From sequence record DRR378314_223: 20,000 nucleotides of DNA; one strand, 5' to 3'. This document shows positions 1-8,902 of this stretch, one piece after another. Under the pieces are notes generated by a model. That model was not told where the DNA came from, searched no databases, and worked only from the letters and a program-made list of their open reading frames with translations. A program made the translations under genes and the position numbers. Numbering within the stretch: the first letter of the stretch is position 1; each line of letters starts with the position of its first letter.

Positions 1-1125
1 CTGAACGACGGAATCGTCCAGCCGGTTCACAATCTTCCGGTTATGCAGCAGCCATGCATCGGCGATGCCATCAAGACGCGCAAGCGCCTCGGCGTTGCCC
101 GTAACCTGCGGTTCACTTGACAGGTTCCCTGATGTCATCACCAAAGGCTCGTTGACCCGGTTCAGCAATAGGTGGTGCAACGGTGTATTGGGCAACATGA
201 ACCCCAGCCGATTTTGCCCCGGCGCGATGCCTGTCGCCAATGGCGTCCCATCTTGCCTTGCGCGGGCCAAAACAATCGGGGCCTGTGCGCTGGTCAAGGC
301 AGCTTTGGTCGCCTCCGTAAGCTCCGCAAATGCACCAATCTGCTCCAGATCCTTGCCCATCAGGGCAAATGGTTTAGCTGCGCGACGTTTGCGAGCCCGC
401 AAGAGCGCCACGGCTTTTGGATTGGTTGCATCACAGGCCAGTTGAAACCCACCAAGCCCTTTGACTGCCAATATTTTTCCTTCGCTCAGCGCCAAGGCTG
501 CTGCCTCAATCGGGTCGCCGGGCAAGGGTTTTCCCTCGCCATCGACCAACGAAAGCGCCGGGCCGCAATCCGGACAAGCATTGGGTTGCGCGTGAAACCG
601 GCGATCCGCCGGGTCGTCATATTCCTTCTGACAGGCAGCGCACATGGCAAACGCCGCCATCGCGGTATTTGGCCGATCATAGGGGATGGCCCGAATGATC
701 GACAGGCGCGGCCCGCAATTGGTGCAATTGGTGAAAGCATAACCAAAGCGCCGTTTTTTGGGGTCGTTGATGTCCGCAAGGCAATCGGCACAGGTTGCCG
801 CATCCGGCACGATGCCGGTGCGCGCAGTGCCGGACTTGCTGGGTACGATGACAAAACCCTCGATCGCTGCCTGATTGCTGCCAACGGAGATTTCGATACC
901 GTCGATGCGCGACAGCGGCGGGGCCTGCTGGCGCAAATCACGGGTAAAGCGGTCCAGTTGATCTTGAGTACAGGCGAGCCGGATCAATACGCCGTCCGCG
1001 TCGTTCAGCACCTCGCCCGCAAGCCCGGCATCAGTAGCGATGCGCCAGACGGTTGGGCGAAAGCCCACGCCCTGCACCAAACCCCACACCCGAATTTGCC
1101 AGATTTGCATGCCGGGCGGGTGCAT
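1..1125 (-). CDS. hypF: Hydrogenase maturation carbamoyltransferase HypF (5' part; continues beyond the left edge)
   Basis: Not in the ORF track; translated by hand from ATG at 1125 (TGATG overlap with the hupV stop). It reads MHPPGMQIWQIRVWGLVQGVGFRPTVWRIA (acylphosphatase-like domain), has zinc-finger motifs DAATCADC, FTNCTNCGPR, MCAAC and RRFHAQPNACPDCGP, then AVKGLGGFQLACDA and ends ...NRLDDSVVQ at the edge. An alternative ATG lies at 1110. Confidence 0.96.
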   Translation of the reverse strand, partial: MHPPGMQIWQIRVWGLVQGVGFRPTVWRIATDAGLAGEVLNDADGVLIRLACTQDQLDRFTRDLRQQAPPLSRIDGIEISVGSNQAAIEGFVIVPSKSGTARTGIVPDAATCADCLADINDPKKRRFGYAFTNCTNCGPRLSIIRAIPYDRPNTAMAAFAMCAACQKEYDDPADRRFHAQPNACPDCGPALSLVDGEGKPLPGDPIEAAALALSEGKILAVKGLGGFQLACDATNPKAVALLRARKRRAAKPFALMGKDLEQIGAFAELTEATKAALTSAQAPIVLARARQDGTPLATGIAPGQNRLGFMLPNTPLHHLLLNRVNEPLVMTSGNLSSEPQVTGNAEALARLDGIADAWLLHNRKIVNRLDDSVVQ

Positions 1126-2573
1126 CAATGCACCGTGCAGACCATGCAGGGATCAAAAGAGCGCACGATATGCTGCACGGCAATCGGTTCGGTTTCGCCG
1201 TCGCGCACCTTCGCCCCCTTCAGCGCGGTTTCCAGAGGGCCGGGTTGGCCATTGGCATCGCGCGGCGAGAAATTCCAGGTCGTGGGGGCAATGATCTGAT
1301 AGTTGGCAATCCGCCCGTCTTCGACTTTTAACCAATGGCCCAAAGCGCCGCGCGCCGCCTCGACCAGCCCGGCGCCTTCGGCCCGGTCCGGGATTTTGCC
1401 ATGCTGAATGAACGTGTCATCCGAACGAATTTCGCGCAGCCAACGTTCCATCGCCGGGACCAGCAAGGCAACCTCCAGAAAGCGCGCGACAATCCGGGCC
1501 TCGACATTTCCGCCCCTGCCCGCGAGATCAAGCGCCAGCGGATGCCCTGCCACGACCTGCCGCGCCAACGCGCCGACCTCGGCCGGTGCGCCCTCCAATC
1601 GCGGCGCCTTGCACCAGGTATAGCCCCTGGCCATTTCGGGATCGGGCGTGGTCACGCCGTCATAGGGGTGAAGCCCCCGCTCCGGCCCCAGCATCCATGA
1701 GTGAGAAATATCTTCGGCAATCAATCCAGTGTTGAGCTGTTGCAACCCAGACCCGTTGCGCAAGCCACGGGGAAACAAATGCCCGTCGCCTTCCTGATAT
1801 GCTCCGAAACTCAGATAGCGGCCATCGGCGCGACCAATCTGATCCAGCCCGAGTGCCCGCGACAGATGCATAAATCGGGCGAAATCACTGTGTTGGGCAC
1901 CGAGAAGGTCAACCATCGCCATCAAGTCCTTGGCCGAGTGTAGCGCGCCAAACGCCTCCAATTCGACCCCAAACACGATGCGCTGCAAGAACCGGCGAAA
2001 ACCGCCCAGAATACCGGCAAGGCGCTGGACCTCATGCGCGGCAACCCATTTGGTTACACCGCCTGGTTGCAGCGTCAGGGTATGGGGCCATTTCCCCGCC
2101 AGCAAGCCAACGATATGCATGAACTGGGCGCGTTGCGGCAGCACATCCTGCACGGCAGTGCCTTTGACGGCGGTAAAGCGTTCCACGATATCGGCATGCC
2201 AGGGGTCCGCCTGATACACTGATCGGGTAAAATCCGGCATGAAGAACATATAAAAATGTGTCAGGTGGTCGCTGATATTCTCAACGGCATGGACGAGATT
2301 GGTAACAAGCTGGCCATTTTTGGCCGGTGTCAGACCCTGAACCTCGGCCAGGGCCGTGGCGGCGGCGACCGATTGGCTGACCGAACAAATCCCGCAAATG
2401 CGTGGCGCGATCACCAGCGCGTCACGCGGGTCCTTGCCTTGCAGCATCTGCTCAAACCCGCGATAGAGTGGAGAGTTAACCTCGGCGCGCTGGACCTTGC
2501 TGTCGGAAATATCCAGCCGAACCTCCAGATCACCTTCCACCCGGTTGAATGGCCCCACGACAAGCCGGCTCAT
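1125..2573 (-). CDS. hupV: H2-sensing regulatory [NiFe]-hydrogenase large subunit (HupV/HoxC, group 2b)
   Basis: GPFNRVEGD at the N-terminus, L1 motif APRICGICSVSQ, and L2 motif DPCMVCTVH followed directly by the stop codon (no cleavable C-terminal extension), as in regulatory hydrogenases. Confidence 0.96.
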   Translation of the reverse strand: MSRLVVGPFNRVEGDLEVRLDISDSKVQRAEVNSPLYRGFEQMLQGKDPRDALVIAPRICGICSVSQSVAAATALAEVQGLTPAKNGQLVTNLVHAVENISDHLTHFYMFFMPDFTRSVYQADPWHADIVERFTAVKGTAVQDVLPQRAQFMHIVGLLAGKWPHTLTLQPGGVTKWVAAHEVQRLAGILGGFRRFLQRIVFGVELEAFGALHSAKDLMAMVDLLGAQHSDFARFMHLSRALGLDQIGRADGRYLSFGAYQEGDGHLFPRGLRNGSGLQQLNTGLIAEDISHSWMLGPERGLHPYDGVTTPDPEMARGYTWCKAPRLEGAPAEVGALARQVVAGHPLALDLAGRGGNVEARIVARFLEVALLVPAMERWLREIRSDDTFIQHGKIPDRAEGAGLVEAARGALGHWLKVEDGRIANYQIIAPTTWNFSPRDANGQPGPLETALKGAKVRDGETEPIAVQHIVRSFDPCMVCTVH

Positions 2574-3586
2574 GATGTACGGCCCTTTTTGCTGTTGCGG
2601 TCCGGGTAGGCGCGCAATCTATCAGAGGTGGCGCTTTCTTTCAGCCGTGGTGGCGTGGCGGCTTTGGAGAGCGAGGCAAGGGCGACAAACCATGCCTTTG
2701 GCATATCGGTTGGCAGACCAATCGGAATGCCCGCGACCTTGGGTGTTTCTACGAATGGATGGCCGGGCTCCTCAAAACCCGGTTCGGTACAGGCGATGCA
2801 GGGATAGCCCCCTGATATGCAGGACCCGGATCCGTTCCAGGCGCGGATGTTGCAATCACCCGCTGCCTGCGTACCTTTGCAACCAAGGTTCTCCATCATG
2901 CAGCCCGCTTGGCACAGCTTTTCAGCGCTGGCTTTGTATTCATAGAATTCGTTGCGCGAACAGCCATGATGCACCAATCGTCCGGAAATGGCATGCGGTC
3001 GACCAACACCGTCCATATGATCGGCGGTCAGCGTGCCGGTCGTCATTTGCGACAGGGTTTCGGTGACCCAATCAGGATGCACTGGACAGCCGGGAATATT
3101 GACAACCGGCAGGTCACTGTCTGATCGAAACGCAGCCCCCAGTAGGCCACCCGGCTGGTCGTCTTCGAAGGCCAGCCCGCAGGCCTCACCGGGGTTCCCT
3201 CCACTTGTGGTAATGCCCCCAAAGGCCGCACAACTGCCAACGCCAACAACATATCCCGCCTTCGCGGCAAGGGCGGCTATGACATCTTTCATTGGCTCAT
3301 TTCGACCTGACATCATGTGAAACCGGCCGGTGCCCCCCGGTCCCATCATCACCGACCCTTCAAGACAAAGAATATCAAGCCGGGTCTCGTCGGAAAGCAC
3401 TGCGTCGATAATAGCGCTGACTTCCTGACCGGTTTCCAGGCTCAGCGCCGGGTGCCACAGGATGTTGATGCCAGCGGCTTCAAACGCCGTGGCCAAATCC
3501 GGCCCTTCTGCACAAAGCAGCGACAGGGTACAGCCGCCACAGCCCCCCGATTGCAACCACAACAGATTATAGGCGTTCCTCATCAT
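2570..3586 (-). CDS. hupU: H2-sensing regulatory [NiFe]-hydrogenase small subunit (HupU/HoxB)
   Basis: NLLWLQSGGCGGC with no Tat signal, GSCAAFGG, IPGCPVHP, HHGCSRNEFYEYKASA, and the C-terminal GLPTDMPKAWFVALASLSKAATP tail typical of HupU/HoxB. Start is 3586 or 3583. Confidence 0.95.
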   Translation of the reverse strand: MMRNAYNLLWLQSGGCGGCTLSLLCAEGPDLATAFEAAGINILWHPALSLETGQEVSAIIDAVLSDETRLDILCLEGSVMMGPGGTGRFHMMSGRNEPMKDVIAALAAKAGYVVGVGSCAAFGGITTSGGNPGEACGLAFEDDQPGGLLGAAFRSDSDLPVVNIPGCPVHPDWVTETLSQMTTGTLTADHMDGVGRPHAISGRLVHHGCSRNEFYEYKASAEKLCQAGCMMENLGCKGTQAAGDCNIRAWNGSGSCISGGYPCIACTEPGFEEPGHPFVETPKVAGIPIGLPTDMPKAWFVALASLSKAATPPRLKESATSDRLRAYPDRNSKKGRTS

Positions 3587-4965
3587 GTCGGCCCGCCCTG
3601 TTTGGCAATCGGCAGCGTCAGACGAAAACAGGCACCGTCGCCAGCCCCGCTGATCACGTTCAGCTTTGCACCGATTTCATCCGCCATCCGAAAACTGACA
3701 TAGAGCCCGAGGCCGGTTCCCTGCCCTGCTGGCTTGGTTGTAAAAAAGGGCTCAAAAATCTGATCGACCGTGTCTGCGTCTATACCTGGGCCATTGTCGG
3801 TGATCCACAGATCAACATGGCCGTCACTGACTTCTGCTTTTATTGAAATTTGCGGGCGCGGCGTATCAGCCAGCGCGTCAACGGCATTTTGCATCAGGTT
3901 CACAAGTATCTGATGAATATTGCCTTTCTTGGACATCACAGCAAGGCCTTCCGGGCATTCAACGCGCATATCAGGCTTGTCGTGCGCGCCGCGCAGTACC
4001 CAGTTTACAGCCGTTTCAACAACCGGGCGCAGGGCGACATCTTCCAATGGCTCTGTCTGGTTGCTGGAAAAACGGCGCAAATCCTGCACAATGTCGCTAA
4101 CCCGTTCAGCCCCCTCCAATGTGCCTTCGACCAGCGGAAGAATATCCTTGGCGATCCGGTCAATTTGCAGTTCCTGACGCAGAGCCATCAGGGTATCCGG
4201 TGCAATATCGGCATCCATCGCCCGCAGATAGCGGGTGATTTTCTCGCCATAGGATTTCAGCGCAAACATATTGCCGAAAACAAAGCTGATCGGGTTGTTT
4301 AACTCATGCGCAACCCCAGCCACCAGCCGCCCTAGGGCCGCCATCTTTTCCGAACTGACAAGATGCTGCTGGGCTTTTTCAAAATTTTGCAGCGCCTCGT
4401 CCAATTCGCGATAGGCCTGCTGTAACTCTCCAACGGGTCGCCCAATCAACACCAGTCCCGCGGGGCGGTTTCGTTTGTCATTCCGGATCGAACAATTCAA
4501 CGACAGTGGAATAGGCGTTTTTTGCTTGCGGAGCAAAACTTCACAATCATGAAACGGTTCTTTGGCCTGCAAATGGTTGAGAAATCGAGTATGCGTCTCG
4601 TCGTCGCGTCCCTTCAGTATCTCGGTCAGTTGTTGTCCGACAAAGTCTTCGGTGGTGTTCCCGATAAGTCGCAACAAGGCCTCGTTGACCTGTACAATCC
4701 GGCCTTGCGTGTCGCAGACAATCAACAAATCCGTCATCGCGCTGACCACGCTTCCGATGAATTCCTGCGCTATTTCCAGTTCGGCGTTCTTTTCTTCCAA
4801 CGCGACCTGCGAGGCGATCAACTCTTTATAGACGCGGTCCATTTGCTGAATGACCTCAATCCATGCGTCCTCGCTAGAGCCAGAAAGAGCAATATTGTGA
4901 TCACCGCTAGACAGCATTGTCAGCGTCTGTGTCATGTGCTCATTCTTGTCTCTTAAAGAGTCCAT
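3583..4965 (-). CDS. hupT: PAS-domain sensor histidine kinase HupT/HoxJ
   Basis: N-terminal WIEVIQQMDRVY segment, PAS-like region, H-box LVAGVAHELNNP, N-box QILVNLMQNA, DNGPG and FEPFFTTKPAGQGTGLGL. No obvious TM helix; lies next to hupUV. Confidence 0.93.
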   Translation of the reverse strand: MDSLRDKNEHMTQTLTMLSSGDHNIALSGSSEDAWIEVIQQMDRVYKELIASQVALEEKNAELEIAQEFIGSVVSAMTDLLIVCDTQGRIVQVNEALLRLIGNTTEDFVGQQLTEILKGRDDETHTRFLNHLQAKEPFHDCEVLLRKQKTPIPLSLNCSIRNDKRNRPAGLVLIGRPVGELQQAYRELDEALQNFEKAQQHLVSSEKMAALGRLVAGVAHELNNPISFVFGNMFALKSYGEKITRYLRAMDADIAPDTLMALRQELQIDRIAKDILPLVEGTLEGAERVSDIVQDLRRFSSNQTEPLEDVALRPVVETAVNWVLRGAHDKPDMRVECPEGLAVMSKKGNIHQILVNLMQNAVDALADTPRPQISIKAEVSDGHVDLWITDNGPGIDADTVDQIFEPFFTTKPAGQGTGLGLYVSFRMADEIGAKLNVISGAGDGACFRLTLPIAKQGGPT

Positions 4966-4977
4966 ATCATTCCAGCG

Positions 4978-6462
4978 TCATTTGCCAATCTCATCAACCT
5001 TGTCCTGTTCTTCTTCTTTTTCAAGATGATAGCGGTCCAACTTACCACGCAAACCAACCCGTGAAAGACCCAGCTCCCGCGACGCCTTGCTCTTGTTCCA
5101 GCGGTGGCGAATTAGGGATTCCCGCAATATCTTGATCTCGACCGCCTCAACACGCTCTTTGAGAGTGCGTGTCGTTGTTGTCACAAGAGACAGATCATCC
5201 TCCCTTTCTGGAGAGACTTCCATCAAGACCTTGGGCGACAACAGATCAGCGCCAAGGAAGTCGTGTTCTTTTCCCATGACCAACATACGCTCAATCTCGT
5301 TTTGAATCTCGCGCACGTTGCCCGGCCAAGCATAGCGTTTCATACAGGAAATGGCTTCGGCGCTAAAACCAGCGACCTCTTTGCCAATGTCAGTCATCGC
5401 CTGCTTCAGCAAAAAATTTGCCAACAAAGGTATGTCTTCGCGGCGGTCCCGCAGAGGGGGGATGCTCACGGTAACACCTGCCAGACGGAAATACAGATCT
5501 TTGCGAAACCGCCCCTCGCGCACTTCATTCTCAAGATTTTTGTAGGAGCTTACCAGCAGGCGAATGTCGGTTTTTTTGGTCTGGTTCGAACCAATTGGCC
5601 GAAACTCTCCATCCTGAACAACCCGCAGCAATTTAACCTGAAACGCCGGGGACAAATCACAAACTTCATCAAGCAGGATCGTCCCGCCATAAGCGCGTTC
5701 AAACAGACCAGTTTGGTCCTGAACCGCGCCCGCGATCGCGCCCCTGCGGTGCCCGAACAATTCGCTCTCCAACACGGCTTGCGGCACAGCACTGCATTTT
5801 TGAACCGCAAAAGATTTGTTCCAGCGCAATGAGTTATAGTGAATCGCGCGGGCCGCCAATTCTTTGCCCGTCCCCGATTCTCCGGTGATCAACACCGAAA
5901 GGTCATAAGGTGCCACTTGGCTTAATGTATCGCAAATGGCATTCATCGGGCTGGATTTGCTGCGCACGATCCCGTCGTCAAAACTATATTGCTTGCGCAG
6001 TTTCTGCCGCCCATCGCTCATCTTCTTTTTGGCCGTGCGTTCGGAGAGGCGCAGTTCTATTGCCAAAAGTTCGTTTTGACGTTGCAATTCGAACATCGAC
6101 ACCGCATTGCGCAGGGTCAAAATCAGCTTTTCCGGGTGCCAGGGTTTGGTGACGTAATAATAAATCCCGGCCTCGTTCAGGCCGGAGATGATATCGCCCG
6201 CATCGGTATAACCAGAGATAATGATGCGGATGACATCAGGCCATTTTTCCCGCACCTCGGTCAGAAATTCCACGCCGGATTTATCGGGCATCCGCTGATC
6301 GCAAAGTATGATCTGGACCCAGTGATCGGCCAAGATCTGCTCTGCCTCCTTGGTGGTTTCAGCGATTTGAACATCGAACTCATCGGTCAGATTGCGTTCC
6401 AGCGCTTCCAAGGAGCGGACTTCATCATCTACAATCAAAATCGTGGGTTTGCTCTGGGTCAT
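4978..6462 (-). CDS. hupR: NtrC-family hydrogenase transcriptional regulator HupR/HoxA (receiver, AAA+ and Fis-type HTH domains)
   Basis: Receiver ILIVDDE...ILCDQRMP (Asp55)...YVTKPW, Walker A GESGTGKE, Walker B ILLDEV, WPGNVRE, and HTH RHRWNKSKASRELGLSRVGLRGKL. Confidence 0.93.
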   Translation of the reverse strand: MTQSKPTILIVDDEVRSLEALERNLTDEFDVQIAETTKEAEQILADHWVQIILCDQRMPDKSGVEFLTEVREKWPDVIRIIISGYTDAGDIISGLNEAGIYYYVTKPWHPEKLILTLRNAVSMFELQRQNELLAIELRLSERTAKKKMSDGRQKLRKQYSFDDGIVRSKSSPMNAICDTLSQVAPYDLSVLITGESGTGKELAARAIHYNSLRWNKSFAVQKCSAVPQAVLESELFGHRRGAIAGAVQDQTGLFERAYGGTILLDEVCDLSPAFQVKLLRVVQDGEFRPIGSNQTKKTDIRLLVSSYKNLENEVREGRFRKDLYFRLAGVTVSIPPLRDRREDIPLLANFLLKQAMTDIGKEVAGFSAEAISCMKRYAWPGNVREIQNEIERMLVMGKEHDFLGADLLSPKVLMEVSPEREDDLSLVTTTTRTLKERVEAVEIKILRESLIRHRWNKSKASRELGLSRVGLRGKLDRYHLEKEEEQDKVDEIGK

Positions 6463-8171
6463 GATACTTTCCGCAATGCATGCTGGCAGGATTTGTCCCG
6501 ATGCCGCGCCAATGTAACCGGCGTGCGCGATTTACAGACCTTGTGGACAAAATTGAAGCGAGCAATATGATACGATGTGTCAAAACCAAAAAAGTTACGT
6601 CGCATCTTTGCCAGTTCTTCCTCTCGGTATTCGGACAACGGCTTTCGTTGTTCATCACTGTGCCGACAGGCGCGCTTTTGCGCAAGTTGATCCTCCAAAT
6701 CTTCAGCGTTGGCCAATGCCAAAGCCCCCCCGGCTACTTCGTCCTCAAAGGCTTTTGGGGACCCTCCAAAACAAGCATCCGCAAGCCCCAGCTGCACCGC
6801 CTCCATTGTCCCCATCGGCAGGCGTTGCTGGGTGATCCGCCGGGCGCTTTCGGCACCGGCGTGGCGCGGTAACAGATATGTCCAGAACTCTGAGCCATAA
6901 AGGTTGCCCATATCCTTGTAGTGCGGGTTCAGAACGACGGACTGGCGCAGCCAGACTTGATCGCATGCCCGCGCCAGAAAAACGCCGCCTGCCCCCGAAT
7001 TGCCGCGCATAGCAGCGACTGTCAGGTGGCTTTCGGTGCCGATGATCGCTTCGGCAAGATCATCCATAGCATTGATATTGCGCCAACTTTCTTCTGCGGC
7101 GTTTTCAGAGGCTTCGATTTGGTTCAGGTGAATGCCATTGGACCAGAAATCACGACCTCCTTCCAGAACCAGCACTTTGGTTGGTCGTGTCAGCGCCATG
7201 CGGTAGGCCGCAAGTAACCTTTCGCATTGTTGCGTGGACATCGCACCATTGTAAAAATCAAAGCCTAGATACCCGACCAAACCCGTTTCACGGTAGCTGA
7301 TTTCGCGATAGCCAAACATGCTGTCCAGTGGCATGTCAGAAACATTGGGCAATTGTCCCGCCAATACCTGAGTTGCAGGCAGTTTGAAATTCACGTCCCC
7401 GCCTGCGCGGCGTAAATGACCGATCCAGACAGCCCCGTTCCGCGTGGCCCGACAGATTGCCGGACCGGATATCGCAAGAAAACTCCCCGGCACACCCGCA
7501 ATACCTACAGCCTCGCGGACATCGTGCAAAAACACCGTTTCACCAGCTATTTCATCCCGTACGCCGGGCACCCCATCCGCGCTGCGAATTTTTCGTAACA
7601 CAGTGTCAGTGTCATCAGCGGACCAGTCAACTTGACGGTCACGCTGCATCATGGCGGGCCGCAACTGCCCGCGGATATTCGGATCCGCAATATTCAACTG
7701 TCGCGGTTCATAATCCGGGTCCTTCAGATGGCTCAGCGCGCGGCGCACTGCGCAAAGGGCAGCATCGGTCACCTCAGTGCGATAGAGGCTGGACTTGCTC
7801 GCCGGGCGCATTTTGAATGCAGCCGTTGCCCAGATCGGCCCGGCGTCCATTTCGGCTTCGGCCTGCAAAACCGTGACACCCCACTCCCGTTCGCCGTTCA
7901 GGATCGCCCAATCCAGTGCCGATGGGCCTCGGTCGCCCATGATACCGGGATGCACAATCAGGCACAGGTGGTTCTGCCAGATCTGCGCCGGGATGGCGCG
8001 TTTTAGAAATGGCGCCAGCACAACATCGGGTTCGAACAGCGCCACAGCCTCGGTTAACGTGTCATCGTTAATGTCGAATTCTACCGAAACGGCATGGCCG
8101 TCGGCCTGTAACTCGACGAACAGCCGCTGGGATAGTGAATTGAAACCATGGACCAACAGCAGGATGCGCAT
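6459..8171 (-). CDS. hypX: Hydrogenase maturation factor HypX/HoxX (formyltransferase domain plus enoyl-CoA hydratase-like domain; CO ligand synthesis under oxic conditions)
   Basis: 570 aa. FNSLSQRL, VHPGIMGDRGPSALDWAI and EMDAGPIWA (N10-formyl-THF domain); FYNGAMSTQQC, FWSNGIHLN, NPHYKDMGNLYGSEFWTY (crotonase-like domain). Confidence 0.95.
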   Translation of the reverse strand: MRILLLVHGFNSLSQRLFVELQADGHAVSVEFDINDDTLTEAVALFEPDVVLAPFLKRAIPAQIWQNHLCLIVHPGIMGDRGPSALDWAILNGEREWGVTVLQAEAEMDAGPIWATAAFKMRPASKSSLYRTEVTDAALCAVRRALSHLKDPDYEPRQLNIADPNIRGQLRPAMMQRDRQVDWSADDTDTVLRKIRSADGVPGVRDEIAGETVFLHDVREAVGIAGVPGSFLAISGPAICRATRNGAVWIGHLRRAGGDVNFKLPATQVLAGQLPNVSDMPLDSMFGYREISYRETGLVGYLGFDFYNGAMSTQQCERLLAAYRMALTRPTKVLVLEGGRDFWSNGIHLNQIEASENAAEESWRNINAMDDLAEAIIGTESHLTVAAMRGNSGAGGVFLARACDQVWLRQSVVLNPHYKDMGNLYGSEFWTYLLPRHAGAESARRITQQRLPMGTMEAVQLGLADACFGGSPKAFEDEVAGGALALANAEDLEDQLAQKRACRHSDEQRKPLSEYREEELAKMRRNFFGFDTSYHIARFNFVHKVCKSRTPVTLARHRDKSCQHALRKVS

Positions 8172-8893
8172 CAGGTCACTCCGGCAAAAACAACCGGAAG
8201 GGTTTCCATCAAGATTGTTACCCCAACCATAACAGCCGCAGCGGCCAAACCGCCCTGCACCAAACGATAGAACCAGCCCGCCGAGCCTTCGGCCCGCCTG
8301 AGCGGCCAGCTTGCAGCAAGTGTCAACAGGGCCATGCCAGCGGTGGACCCAAGCCCAAATACGAGAACATAGAGCAGCGTGATGGATAGGCTTTGCGTCG
8401 TCGCCGTGGCCAGAGCAACCAACCCGGCTGACCCTGCCGCGCCATGGGCAAGCCCGACAAGATATGATCGGCCCGAAAACAGCCGGGCGTGTTTATGGTG
8501 GTGGGGGTCATCGTCATGTATGGCCTGCGCATCCTTATGGCTGTGCGCATGAAAATGCCGTGTGCCATCTGCATGTTCATGAAGATGAAAATGCACCTTC
8601 TGACGGTAGAGCTTCACAACAACGCCGACGCCAAGTGCGATGAGCATACCCCCAACAGCGCTTTCCAGACCCGCCTCAACCCGGGTGCCCAACACTAGCC
8701 CAAATAGAACCACGGGCAGGCAAAGGGCCAAAAGCGTGGTCGTGTGACCCAACCCCCAGGAGGCTCCCAGCCACGCCAGACGGCGGCTGTTACTGCCGCC
8801 TTTTGCCGCCAATGTCCCAACGGCTGCCAGATGATCGGCCTCCAGCGCATGGGCCATTCCGACCAACAGTCCAAGAAGCAAAAAACTCAGCAT
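8171..8893 (-). CDS. Putative nickel/cobalt transporter, UreH/NiCoT-like membrane protein
   Basis: About six hydrophobic segments, HX4DH-type motif GMAHALEADHLAAV, WGLGH, a central His-rich loop (HFHLHEH...HFHAHSH...HHHKH) and GLAHGAAG. Located inside the hyp operon. Confidence 0.85.
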   Translation of the reverse strand: MLSFLLLGLLVGMAHALEADHLAAVGTLAAKGGSNSRRLAWLGASWGLGHTTTLLALCLPVVLFGLVLGTRVEAGLESAVGGMLIALGVGVVVKLYRQKVHFHLHEHADGTRHFHAHSHKDAQAIHDDDPHHHKHARLFSGRSYLVGLAHGAAGSAGLVALATATTQSLSITLLYVLVFGLGSTAGMALLTLAASWPLRRAEGSAGWFYRLVQGGLAAAAVMVGVTILMETLPVVFAGVT

Positions 8894-8902
8894 CCAAACC
8901 TC

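Noticed and set aside
486..941. 151-aa minus-strand ORF
   Set aside because: Alternative frame inside hypF; Arg-rich and without motifs.
172..1299. 375-aa plus-strand ORF
   Set aside because: Antisense shadow of hypF and the end of hupV, with no recognisable motifs; the opposite strand encodes clear HypF.
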